A DNA stretch of 32,144 bases, taken from NCBI GenBank assembly GCA_004376435.1, contig SOJS01000012.1:1-32144 (forward strand), written 5' to 3'. A model generated the notes under the pieces. It saw nothing but the letters and a program-made list of their open reading frames with translations. It did not search any database and was not told where the DNA came from. How positions within the stretch are numbered: position 1 is the stretch's first letter; the number at the start of each line of letters is the position of its first letter. Positions 6,599-14,610 of the stretch are shown piece after piece. Position numbers and translations under genes: made by a program. Source of the DNA: Dehalococcoidia bacterium (GTDB taxonomy: Bacteria > Chloroflexota > Dehalococcoidia > Dehalococcoidales > JAUVZE01).

Positions 6599-7911
6599 GT
6601 ATTGAGTTAATTACGCTAATCTTTTTTGGTTTCATGCTGCTGCTTCTGGCGACCGGGCTGCCGATAGTCTTCGCCCTGGGGGGGCTGAGTTTAGGGCTTG
6701 CCTTTTTCCTGTGGGGACCTGAGGCTTTAGGCATGTCGCTCTACGGCGCTGTCAGTATAGTGAAATACTCCCTGCTGGTATGCGTCCCCCTCTTTGTCTT
6801 TATGGGAATGATGATGTATCATTCCGGCATAGCCGACGACCTCTATAATGCCTTCCAGTACTGGCTAGCGCCCATACCCGGCTCCCTGGCATCAGCTACA
6901 GTAGGGGTTTGCACTATCTTTGCTGCTATAGTTAGTTCTGAGGCGACTGCTACCCTGACCATGGGGAGCATTGCCCTCCCCCTGATGCGCAAGCGGGGAT
7001 ATAGCAAGTATATAGCAACAGGGTGCATCCAAGCAGGGGCAGCTCTAGGATTCCTCATTCCACCCAGCGCCATTGCCATCCTCTATGCCGTCATTGCCAA
7101 GGAATCGGTGGGCATGCTCTTCGCCGGGGGACTTTTCCCGGGACTGCTGCTGGCTACCCTGTTTATTATCTATATAACTGTGAGATGCAAAATTCAGCCG
7201 CACTTAGCTCCTCCTATCCCGAAGGAGGAGAGACCTGATATGAGGGAAAAACTGAGGTCCCTCAGGGGTTTAGTCCTCCCTATGAGCATCATCATACTGG
7301 TTATGGGGTCAATTATTGGCGGACTAACCACCCCGGTAGAAGCTTCTGCAGTAGGTGCCTTGGCCAGCATCATAGCGGTTGCCATCAAGCGCCGGCTCAG
7401 CTTACGAGTTATTCAAGACTCACTCATGGCGAGCTTGAAGCTCACCGGCATAATGATGTGGATTTTCATGGGGGCACTGACCTTCGGCAAAATCTATGAT
7501 GGCTTGGGAGCCAAGGATATAGTAGAAGCAGTCATGACTGGCCTACCGCTGGGACGTTGGGGTATACTCATAATGATACAGCTCACCTTCTTCATCCTGG
7601 GGACGTGCTTGGATGATACTGCCATCCTGTTTATCACCATGCCTATCTATATCCCTATAATCAAGGAACTGGGCTTTGACCCAGTATGGTTCGGCGTCCT
7701 TTACCTGGTCAATATGCAGATGGCTTATTTAACCCCACCCTTCGGCTATTGCCTAATGCTGATGAGGGGGGTGGTTCCACCGGATATAACTATGGGAGAT
7801 ATCTACCGTTCAGTTATACCCTTCGTCTTACTTCAGGGGGTTGGTCTGGCTATCATTATGCTATTCCCCCAGGTAGTCCTCTGGCTTCCCCACCTCATAT
7901 TTGGGAGCTAA
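6595..7911 (+). CDS. TRAP transporter large permease (DctM family)
   Basis: 438 aa and highly hydrophobic, with multiple membrane spans. It is translationally coupled to dctQ, which is the typical DctM size and arrangement. Confidence 0.88.
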   Translation: MSIELITLIFFGFMLLLLATGLPIVFALGGLSLGLAFFLWGPEALGMSLYGAVSIVKYSLLVCVPLFVFMGMMMYHSGIADDLYNAFQYWLAPIPGSLASATVGVCTIFAAIVSSEATATLTMGSIALPLMRKRGYSKYIATGCIQAGAALGFLIPPSAIAILYAVIAKESVGMLFAGGLFPGLLLATLFIIYITVRCKIQPHLAPPIPKEERPDMREKLRSLRGLVLPMSIIILVMGSIIGGLTTPVEASAVGALASIIAVAIKRRLSLRVIQDSLMASLKLTGIMMWIFMGALTFGKIYDGLGAKDIVEAVMTGLPLGRWGILIMIQLTFFILGTCLDDTAILFITMPIYIPIIKELGFDPVWFGVLYLVNMQMAYLTPPFGYCLMLMRGVVPPDITMGDIYRSVIPFVLLQGVGLAIIMLFPQVVLWLPHLIFGS

Positions 7912-7954
7912 AGGAAGTAAATAAAATAAAGCATAAAGAAAGGAGAAACTAAAG

Positions 7955-9295
7955 ATGAGTTATGATGCAGCACTTAAGCAATCGCGAAAATATCTTGACT
8001 TTATCGCCAAGAAAGAGCTGACCAAAGAAGAGAAAGACTGGGTTGTCCGCGAATCCGTTGATGGCTTTCGTGATAATGTCAACCCCGGGTTTCTTGAGTA
8101 CCGCAAATCGGCTTCTACTGACTACACAGCCATAGAGTGGTCAGACTCGGGCAGCATCTTTACTGATGTCTACGGCAAAGAGTTCATTGACTGCCTCGGT
8201 GGCTATGGCATTTATAATGTCGGTCACCGCCACCCCAAGGTAATGAAGGCAGTCCGTGACCAGCTCAACCGCCAGGCACTGCACAGCCAGGAGCTACTGG
8301 ACCCGCTGCGCGCCATGCTGGCTAAGCTGGTGGCTACGGTGACCCCTGGTAATTTGCAGTACTGCTTCTTCACCAACAGCGGCACCGAATCTGTTGAATG
8401 TGCCCTGAAGGTAGCCAGGCTTCATACCGGGCGCACCACCACCCTGGCCGCCATCGGTGCCTTCCACGGCAAGTCCATGGGCTCCTTAAGTGCCACCTCC
8501 AAGGCGGTATTCAGGAAACCCTTCTTGCCGCTGGTCCACGGCTTCAGGCATGTTCCCTACGGTGATGCCGACTATATAGAAAAGACAATGGCTGCCTGCG
8601 AGTTCAGTGGTGAGCCGGTGGGAACGGTGCTCCTTGAGCCCATCATGGGTGAGGGTGGCGTTATCATCCCGCCCGACGACTATTTCCCCAAGGTAAGGAA
8701 GCTCTGTGACAAATACGGCGCCATGCTGATAGCTGACGAAGTCCAGACCGGCATGGGCAGAACCGGCAAGATGTTCTGTATGGAGCACTACGGTGTCGTC
8801 CCCGATATTTTGGCTCTGGGTAAGGCGTTTGGTGGCGGTGTTATGCCTATAGGTGTCTGTGTTGCCTCCGAGGAAGTCTTTGCCGAGATGACTCCTAACC
8901 CCTTCATCCACACCACCACCTTCGGCGGCAACCCGATAGCCTGTGCCGCTGCCATTGCCGCCATTAACGTCTGTCTTGAGGAGGACCTCCCCAGGCAGTC
9001 TGCCGAGAAGGGGGCCTACTTCCTGCCCAAGCTGAAAGACCTGATGGGCAGGTACAAGAACATCTGTAAAGTGGGGCGTGGTCGTGGCTTGATGATTGCC
9101 ATGGAATTCGTCGACGACGAGGCTGGTTACAAAGTAGCCACCCAGCTCTTTGATATGGGTGTCCTGGTGGCGGGTACACTGATCAATGCCAGGACAATCC
9201 GCATCGAGCCGCCGCTGACTATCTCCAAGGCGGAGCTGGACCAGGTCCTTAATAGGCTTGAGAAAGCCTTTGATAAGGTTTCCAAAAAGCTCTAG
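7955..9295 (+). CDS. patA: Class-III PLP aminotransferase, PatA/YgjG (putrescine:2-oxoglutarate aminotransferase)-like
   Basis: From memory it matches E. coli PatA along nearly its whole length: NPGFLEYRKS, FIDCLGGYGIYNVGHRHP, HSQELLDPLRAMLAK, DEVQTGMGRTGKMF, PLP-Lys in LGKAFGGGVMPIG, HTTTFGGNP, IRIEPPLT. It starts 43 nt after dctM with an AAAGGAG RBS and no intervening promoter or hairpin. Confidence 0.88.
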   Translation: MSYDAALKQSRKYLDFIAKKELTKEEKDWVVRESVDGFRDNVNPGFLEYRKSASTDYTAIEWSDSGSIFTDVYGKEFIDCLGGYGIYNVGHRHPKVMKAVRDQLNRQALHSQELLDPLRAMLAKLVATVTPGNLQYCFFTNSGTESVECALKVARLHTGRTTTLAAIGAFHGKSMGSLSATSKAVFRKPFLPLVHGFRHVPYGDADYIEKTMAACEFSGEPVGTVLLEPIMGEGGVIIPPDDYFPKVRKLCDKYGAMLIADEVQTGMGRTGKMFCMEHYGVVPDILALGKAFGGGVMPIGVCVASEEVFAEMTPNPFIHTTTFGGNPIACAAAIAAINVCLEEDLPRQSAEKGAYFLPKLKDLMGRYKNICKVGRGRGLMIAMEFVDDEAGYKVATQLFDMGVLVAGTLINARTIRIEPPLTISKAELDQVLNRLEKAFDKVSKKL

Positions 9296-9333
9296 CTAGC
9301 CTGGTCCTAAAGGGGATATAGCATAATTGCTAA

Positions 9334-9358
9334 ATCTTGTCGGTAATATTGACAAGAT
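9334..9358. promoter_or_regulatory. 8-bp inverted repeat overlapping a candidate -35 upstream of the saccharopine-DH-like gene
   Basis: ATCTTGTC (9334-9341), 9-nt spacer, GACAAGAT (9351-9358). TTGACA at 9349-9354 is followed after 17 nt by a weak -10, TAGGGT (9372-9377). It could be an operator or a weak patA terminator. Confidence 0.3.
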
Positions 9359-9476
9359 AGCGAAAGCGTGCTAGGGTGCTTTACTGATAAACATCAGGAG
9401 CTAATTTTAATAATTTTTGCTCATTATTGCTTTTATGGTGGCGTGCCCAAATAATATAATTAAAGGAGAGGATAGA

Positions 9477-10697
9477 GTGACGAAAGCATTAATAGTAGGA
9501 GCTGGAGCACAGGGGGTTGTAATCAACTGGGTGCTTACGCGGGCTGATGATGTCGGGGAGGTGATTCTCGGCGACATCAATATGAAGAGGATGGAGGAGA
9601 TTGTAGAGACAAGCAGGAGTGATAAGGTCAAGATAAGGAAGCTGGATGCCAGCAATAAAGACGACATTGCAAAGCTTATAAAAGAAACAGGCGTTGACCT
9701 GGTAGTAAACGCCACCCTGCCCAAGTTTAATGACCAGATAATGGAAGCCTGCTATGCAACTAGAACATCTTACCTTGACATGGCTTCTGATGGCGGCTTC
9801 CCGGGTGGGGACGAAAATATTCCCGTAAACGAGCTAAAGTACGCTAAGAAGTGGGAAGATGCTGGTCTTCAAGGGTTCATCCTGGCTGGTTCTGACGCCG
9901 GTACCGTAAATGTAATGGCGAGGGAAGGCGCCGAAGAACTAGATGAGGTAGATAGCATAAAGATAAAAGATTATGCTATCACTGAATCTGAAAAACCGAT
10001 AGTTTTATGGCAACCGCAGACTTATCTGGAAGACCTCGCCACGCCTGCTCCATACTGGGATAATAGCTATAAGTATGCGCCTCCCTTCAGCGGGGAAGAG
10101 GAATACGACTTTCCGCCTCCCATAAATGGCAAGGGAAAGGTATACTATCACAGCCATGAAGAGCCACTAACAATACCGAAGTTCCTCGGCAAACCGGTAA
10201 AGTATGTAGATTTCAAGATGGGCGAGCCTGCTTACCTGCTCTGGAAGTCCATTTATGATCTGGGGTTGATGAGCGAGGAGCTGATTGAGGTTAAAGGTGT
10301 AAAGGTAGCTCCGCGGGATGTTTTCTTCAAGTTGCTACCACCTACGCCTAGTGCCAAGGAATTACAGGAACTGCTAAAGAGTGGGGCGTTGATAAGCCGG
10401 ATGATGCTTACGGTGGATGTTTATGGTAAAAAAGCTGGCAAGAAAATGCGTTATCAGATGTGGACAGACGGCCCAGATGCTAAGACAGCCAACGAGAAGA
10501 TTCCCGGAGCCAGTGATGTATCCTTTGCTACCGCGGTGGCAGCATCTATATTCTCACTGATGCTGTTAAGGGGACAGGTAAAGCATACCGGGATATTCCC
10601 TCCCGAGGTCTTTGGCAAAGAAGAGAGGGAGACATACTTCAAGGGGATAGGTGGCTGGGGTATAAAAATACATAAGAAAGTAACAGAGTTATCATAA
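9477..10697 (+). CDS. Saccharopine dehydrogenase-family NAD(P) oxidoreductase (substrate unknown)
   Basis: The preferred start is GTG 9477 (AAAGGAGAGG RBS 6 nt upstream) rather than the track start 9417. N-terminal Rossmann KALIVGAGAQGVV...VILGDIN; DLVVNATLPKFN...YLDMA; an about 400-aa two-domain layout like the Sacchrp_dh / carboxy(nor)spermidine dehydrogenase / lysine 6-dehydrogenase families. Confidence 0.75.
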   Translation: MTKALIVGAGAQGVVINWVLTRADDVGEVILGDINMKRMEEIVETSRSDKVKIRKLDASNKDDIAKLIKETGVDLVVNATLPKFNDQIMEACYATRTSYLDMASDGGFPGGDENIPVNELKYAKKWEDAGLQGFILAGSDAGTVNVMAREGAEELDEVDSIKIKDYAITESEKPIVLWQPQTYLEDLATPAPYWDNSYKYAPPFSGEEEYDFPPPINGKGKVYYHSHEEPLTIPKFLGKPVKYVDFKMGEPAYLLWKSIYDLGLMSEELIEVKGVKVAPRDVFFKLLPPTPSAKELQELLKSGALISRMMLTVDVYGKKAGKKMRYQMWTDGPDAKTANEKIPGASDVSFATAVAASIFSLMLLRGQVKHTGIFPPEVFGKEERETYFKGIGGWGIKIHKKVTELS

Positions 10698-10703
10698 AAA
10701 TAA

Positions 10704-10732
10704 TTGACAGGTGGTGAGGCGTATGAGATAAT
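10704..10732 (+). promoter_or_regulatory. Sigma-70-like promoter of the ABC importer operon
   Basis: TTGACA (10704-10709), 17-nt spacer, GATAAT (10727-10732). AAGGAGGAAGG RBS precedes the ATG at 10774. Confidence 0.5.
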
Positions 10733-10773
10733 TTAACATAGAATAAAAATAAAATTCAAGGAGGAAGGACGAG

Positions 10774-12519
10774 ATGAGAACCAAGAAAGGTTTACTAAGT
10801 CTACTGGTGGTAGCACTGCTGGCGCTCTCTTTGGTAACAGCCTGTCCAGCCCCAACAACGACTGAAGAGGTTGAGCAGCTGAATGCGACGATAGCCGACC
10901 TTGAGGCTCAGTTAGCCGCCGCAAATGCGACGATAGTCGACCTTGAGGCTCAGTTAGCCGCCGCAATGGGAGAGCCGGCAGAGGAAATAGCATACGGTGG
11001 CAGACTGGATGTTGGCTTTACTGCCGGAGAGGGTCTGGAAACTCTGTTATGTGACTCAAACTGGCAGTATACTGAGATGGGATGTGTTTTTTGGCCCCTA
11101 GTATACGACCAATTATGGATTATGGGGCCGGCACCGGATTACGAGGTCCTGCCTATGTTAGCCACCAGCTGGGAAACAGAGGATGGCATAACCTGGACAT
11201 TCTATCTGCGTGAAGATGCTGTCTTCCATGATGGTGTGCCAGTCACAGCCGAGGACGTGGCTTTTACCATTGAGAACTTGCCTAACGCCGACCCGGCATG
11301 GGCTTTTACCGATATAATTACTGAACCGGGAAGTGTTAAAGTTATTGACGATTACACGGTAGAGTTTACGCTGGAGCAATCGATTGGCACTAGATGGCCG
11401 GCTGCTTATTGGGCACCAATACTCCCCAAGCACATCTGGGAGCCCTATACAGACGATATGCTGTCGTTTTCCAACGATGAAGCCATTGGCTCTGGCCCGT
11501 ATAAGCTAAAGGAATTCAAGGCAGCCCAATATGTATGGTTTGAAGCCAATGAAGACTACTGGGGAGGAAGGCCATACTTAGATGAGGTGGTGTTTAGGAC
11601 CTATGGCAGTGAAGACGCCCAGTACATGGCTTTAAAGAGTGGTGAGGCCGACATGATTGGGTATCTAGGTTGTTCGGCAGTGGCTGCGGAGGACTTCATA
11701 GGGCTCGAGGACATGGAGGTTATAGTTTCTCCAGGCATCGGGCTGCAGTGGCTATCGTTTAACCTGTACAAGGATACACCGCTTCAAGACCTGGAAGTAA
11801 GGAAAGCCATTATGTATGGCATAGATAGGGATAGAGTCATAGAAATGGCATTCCTCGGCTATGCCCAGACAGCGGACAGCTTCATATATCCAGAAGTGGC
11901 AGAGCATAATCCAAATTTGCCGCAGTATGCCTACGACGTTGACCTGGCTAATGAAATCCTGGACAATGCCGGCTACCTGGATAGTGATGGCGATGGCATG
12001 AGAGATGACCTTACCTTCGAACTGTTAGCACCCTCAGATTGGACTGACGAGTTAAAGGCAGCGACACTGATTAAGGAGCAGCTTGCCGAAATAGGGATAG
12101 ATATCTCTCTGACGGTGCTGGACCTTGATACCTACTATGAGTATATCTATACGCCGGAGGAAGAGGAATACGAAATTGCTATTGCTACAGAAGAGCCCGG
12201 TCCGCATGGTGAGTGGATGTGGGAATTCTGCCGCAGCTATGAAGCTGGAGGCGAGGGGTGGAATACAGCTTACTGGGCTAACCCTGACTTTGACGAAGCC
12301 CTGGATGCCATGCTCGCCGAGGTAGACGTAGAGCAACGAACGGCATACCTGTATGAGATGCAAATGCTGATGGCTGAGGATCTGCCTTACGGTGTGCTTT
12401 ACAGGCCAGACCTGATAAACCCGGTAAGGACCGATGAGTTTGAAGGCTATGTAGAGACGATGGGGGGAATTTCGACTTGGATTAACCCCTGGACTTACTT
12501 TGAGCTGCACCTGAAATAA
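10774..12519 (+). CDS. ABC transporter substrate-binding lipoprotein, family 5 (Dpp/Opp/Nik-type)
   Basis: Signal peptide and lipobox LVTAC, then the same PAPTTTEEVEQL...NATIADLEAQLAA tether as the TRAP SBP. A large (about 520 aa) SBP_bac_5-like body follows (ATSWETEDGITWTFYLREDAVFHDGVPVTAEDV, GSGPYKLKEF). Dpp-type permeases and ATPases lie downstream. Confidence 0.85.
   Translation: MRTKKGLLSLLVVALLALSLVTACPAPTTTEEVEQLNATIADLEAQLAAANATIVDLEAQLAAAMGEPAEEIAYGGRLDVGFTAGEGLETLLCDSNWQYTEMGCVFWPLVYDQLWIMGPAPDYEVLPMLATSWETEDGITWTFYLREDAVFHDGVPVTAEDVAFTIENLPNADPAWAFTDIITEPGSVKVIDDYTVEFTLEQSIGTRWPAAYWAPILPKHIWEPYTDDMLSFSNDEAIGSGPYKLKEFKAAQYVWFEANEDYWGGRPYLDEVVFRTYGSEDAQYMALKSGEADMIGYLGCSAVAAEDFIGLEDMEVIVSPGIGLQWLSFNLYKDTPLQDLEVRKAIMYGIDRDRVIEMAFLGYAQTADSFIYPEVAEHNPNLPQYAYDVDLANEILDNAGYLDSDGDGMRDDLTFELLAPSDWTDELKAATLIKEQLAEIGIDISLTVLDLDTYYEYIYTPEEEEYEIAIATEEPGPHGEWMWEFCRSYEAGGEGWNTAYWANPDFDEALDAMLAEVDVEQRTAYLYEMQMLMAEDLPYGVLYRPDLINPVRTDEFEGYVETMGGISTWINPWTYFELHLK
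10882..10965 (+). repeat. In-frame 42-nt tandem duplication (2 copies, 1 mismatch) inside the SBP tether
   Basis: aatgcgacgatagCcgaccttgaggctcagttagccgccgca (10882-10923) is repeated at 10924-10965 with C changed to T. Each copy encodes NATI(A/V)DLEAQLAAA, 14 aa or two heptads. Confidence 0.9.
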
Positions 12520-12555
12520 GCGTGGAGCGGGCAGGAAACCTGCATGAGATTTCCT

Positions 12556-12590
12556 GGCAAAGGGGGGCAAATGATACGCCCCCCTTTGCC
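12556..12590 (+). promoter_or_regulatory. GC-rich 13-bp stem-loop after the SBP gene
   Basis: GGCAAAGGGGGGC (12556-12568) pairs perfectly with GCCCCCCTTTGCC (12578-12590) around a 9-nt loop. No T-run follows. Confidence 0.5.
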
Positions 12591-12626
12591 TAGGTGAACA
12601 CTACCTACTACCTGAAGCTCCCCCAC

Positions 12627-12655
12627 TAGACAAGCTCTGGGACACAGCCTATACT
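12627..12655 (+). promoter_or_regulatory. Possible internal promoter for the permease/ATPase genes
   Basis: TAGACA (12627-12632), 17-nt spacer, TATACT (12650-12655), within the 214-nt SBP-permease gap. Confidence 0.3.
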
Positions 12656-12733
12656 ATAAGGCTGGTTGGCAAGATATAGTTCACTACCTAGCTTTGCCCC
12701 TATATTGGCAGCTAATAAGGGGGGTTATGTAGA

Positions 12734-13723
12734 GTGCCTTTAAAAGGATTTGCCGGTTTTGCTACGAGGAAAGCGCTTGCTGCCGTCACCACTATTTTTG
12801 CCATTATCTGCCTAAACTTCCTCATTTTTCGCCTGCTACCTGGTGACCCGATACGCATGATGTTCCGAGACCCCAGGGTAAGTGCCGAACAGCTGCAGTT
12901 GATGACCGAAAAATTTGGCCTAGACAAGCCTTTATGGGGGCAGTTCCTCGCTTATCTCCAGGCGCTGTTTCAGGGCGACCTGGGTATATCATTCTGGCAA
13001 AAAAGAGCCGTATTAGAGGTAATTGCCGACAGGATACCGCAAACATTGCTGCTAGTGGTAACAGCCCTTACTATAGCTATTATCCTGGGTATACTCCTCG
13101 GCGCCATTTCTGGGTGGAAAAGTGGCACGAGACTTGATACATTCATTCTCACCGCTTCACTATCAATGTATTCCATTCCCGCATTCTCTCTGGGCATAAT
13201 CCTGATGCTAATTTTTGCCTTTTACCTTTCTATCTTTCCTCTAGGGGGAATATCTACGCCGGCTTCGGGATTTACCGGGCTTGGATACTGGAGGGACGTC
13301 TTATGGCATATGTTTCTTCCCACCATTTCGATAGTATTCTGGTATATCGGCGAGTATGTTTTGCTGACGCGAAGCTCTATGCTTGACACCTTAGACCAGG
13401 ACTATATAACCACGGCTAGGGCAAAGGGGCTGAAAGAATTTGCCATCTTAAGAAACCACGCCTTGAGAAATGCCTTATTACCGGTTGTCACCGCTACCGG
13501 GATAAACCTAGCCTTCGCCGTGGCCGGAATAATTGAAGTAGAAACGGTTTTTTCTTGGCCCGGCATAGGCAGACTGGTGTATGACGCTGTAATGAAACGC
13601 GACTATCCCCTTCTTCAAGGTACATTTCTTGTATTCGCGGTGGCGGTGGTGCTAGCTAATTTAGTGGTTGACCTGATATACGGCTTCATAGACCCGAGAA
13701 TAAAGGTAGGAAAAGCGGAGTAA
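12734..13723 (+). CDS. ABC transporter permease (DppB/OppB-like)
   Basis: GTG start. N-terminal ...LNFLIFRLLPGDP motif, about six hydrophobic spans and an EAA-type loop (YITTARAKGLKEFAILRNHALRNALLPVVT). Confidence 0.88.
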   Translation: MPLKGFAGFATRKALAAVTTIFAIICLNFLIFRLLPGDPIRMMFRDPRVSAEQLQLMTEKFGLDKPLWGQFLAYLQALFQGDLGISFWQKRAVLEVIADRIPQTLLLVVTALTIAIILGILLGAISGWKSGTRLDTFILTASLSMYSIPAFSLGIILMLIFAFYLSIFPLGGISTPASGFTGLGYWRDVLWHMFLPTISIVFWYIGEYVLLTRSSMLDTLDQDYITTARAKGLKEFAILRNHALRNALLPVVTATGINLAFAVAGIIEVETVFSWPGIGRLVYDAVMKRDYPLLQGTFLVFAVAVVLANLVVDLIYGFIDPRIKVGKAE

Positions 13724-13724
13724 G

Positions 13725-14603
13725 ATGTCCACAGTTCGCAGAAGACTAACAGAGGCATGGGGGTTCTTTCAGTTACTCCTGACACACAGGATGGGAGTGT
13801 TGGGGCTGAGTGTATTTGCCCTTTTTGCCATCATAGCCTTATTTGCCCCATTTCTGCACACTGTGGACCCGGGTAAATCAGGGGTGGTGGAAAATATACT
13901 GATTCCTCCCAACTCCCAGTTTTGGCTCGGCACTGACGATTTAGCCAGAGATATATGGAGCCAGGTAATATATGGCTCAAGGATTTCGTTGCTTATTGGA
14001 TTTTTAGCCACGATTCTAACAATATTTGTTGGCTCCTTGGTAGGCTTAATATCAGGCTTTTATGGAGGCAAGATTGAAGAAGTACTTATGAGAATCACAG
14101 ACTTCTTCATGATGCTGCCACAACTGCCATTAATGATAGTTTTGGCAGCGGTGTTAGGGCCAAGCATATGGAACATAGTTTTCGTGGTAAGCATTGTAAG
14201 CTGGCCTTTCGCTGCCAGGATAGTCAGGTCTCAGGTTTTATCTCTCAAAGAAAGAGCCTTTGTTGAAGCATCAAGGTGTATTGGAGCCAGTGACTCCTTC
14301 TTAATTTTTAGTGAAATTATGCCCAATGTAGTGCCGCTGATGTTCGCTGAAGCCGTTTTGATTGTCACCGAGGCAGTTTATGCGGAGGCAGTTTTGAGCT
14401 TTCTTGGATTAGGAGACCCCACCACTGTAAGCTGGGGAATGATGCTCCATTTTGCTTTTGAGTCAGGTGCTATGGTTAAAGCACCGTGGTGGGTGGTGCC
14501 TCCGATAGTATCTATCGTTGTGCTAATACTCGGCTTTACCTTCCTGGGAACGGCGGTGAGTGATGTCTTAAAGCCGGGATACAAAGAAAAACGGGGTTTG
14601 TAA
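13725..14603 (+). CDS. ABC transporter permease (DppC/OppC-like)
   Basis: Starts 1 nt after the preceding stop. Contains an OppC_N-like WLGTDDLARDIWSQVIYGSRISL motif and an EAA loop (FVEASRCIGASDSFLIFSEIMPNV). Confidence 0.88.
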   Translation: MSTVRRRLTEAWGFFQLLLTHRMGVLGLSVFALFAIIALFAPFLHTVDPGKSGVVENILIPPNSQFWLGTDDLARDIWSQVIYGSRISLLIGFLATILTIFVGSLVGLISGFYGGKIEEVLMRITDFFMMLPQLPLMIVLAAVLGPSIWNIVFVVSIVSWPFAARIVRSQVLSLKERAFVEASRCIGASDSFLIFSEIMPNVVPLMFAEAVLIVTEAVYAEAVLSFLGLGDPTTVSWGMMLHFAFESGAMVKAPWWVVPPIVSIVVLILGFTFLGTAVSDVLKPGYKEKRGL

Positions 14604-14610
14604 TTAAAAA

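Noticed and set aside
8486-8911. 141-aa minus-strand ORF inside the aminotransferase gene, and similar antisense ORFs at 2246-2479, 2589-2861, 3123-3984, 6843-7388 and 14646-15549
   Set aside because: All lie antisense to, or in alternative frames of, CDSs with clear family motifs. None has recognisable motifs or start-site signals.
9417-9476. N-terminal extensions in the ORF track (9417 for the saccharopine-DH-like gene, 18436 rnpA, 18816 yidD, 25987 htrA, 27414 trpB2)
   Set aside because: In each case a downstream start has a properly spaced Shine-Dalgarno, or matches the family N-terminus, or avoids overlapping the upstream gene. The extended versions add hydrophobic or unconserved residues ahead of the Rossmann motif or signal peptide.
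10733-10993. 86-aa minus-strand ORF with the striking internal repeat LRRLTEPQGRLSSH x2
   Set aside because: The repeat is simply the reverse-strand reading of the 42-nt tandem duplication in the SBP tether. The plus-strand frame continues into a bona fide family-5 SBP.
12052-12570. 172-aa minus-strand ORF spanning the 3' end of the SBP gene and the downstream hairpin
   Set aside because: It is antisense to the SBP coding region and runs through a perfect stem-loop. It shows no motifs.
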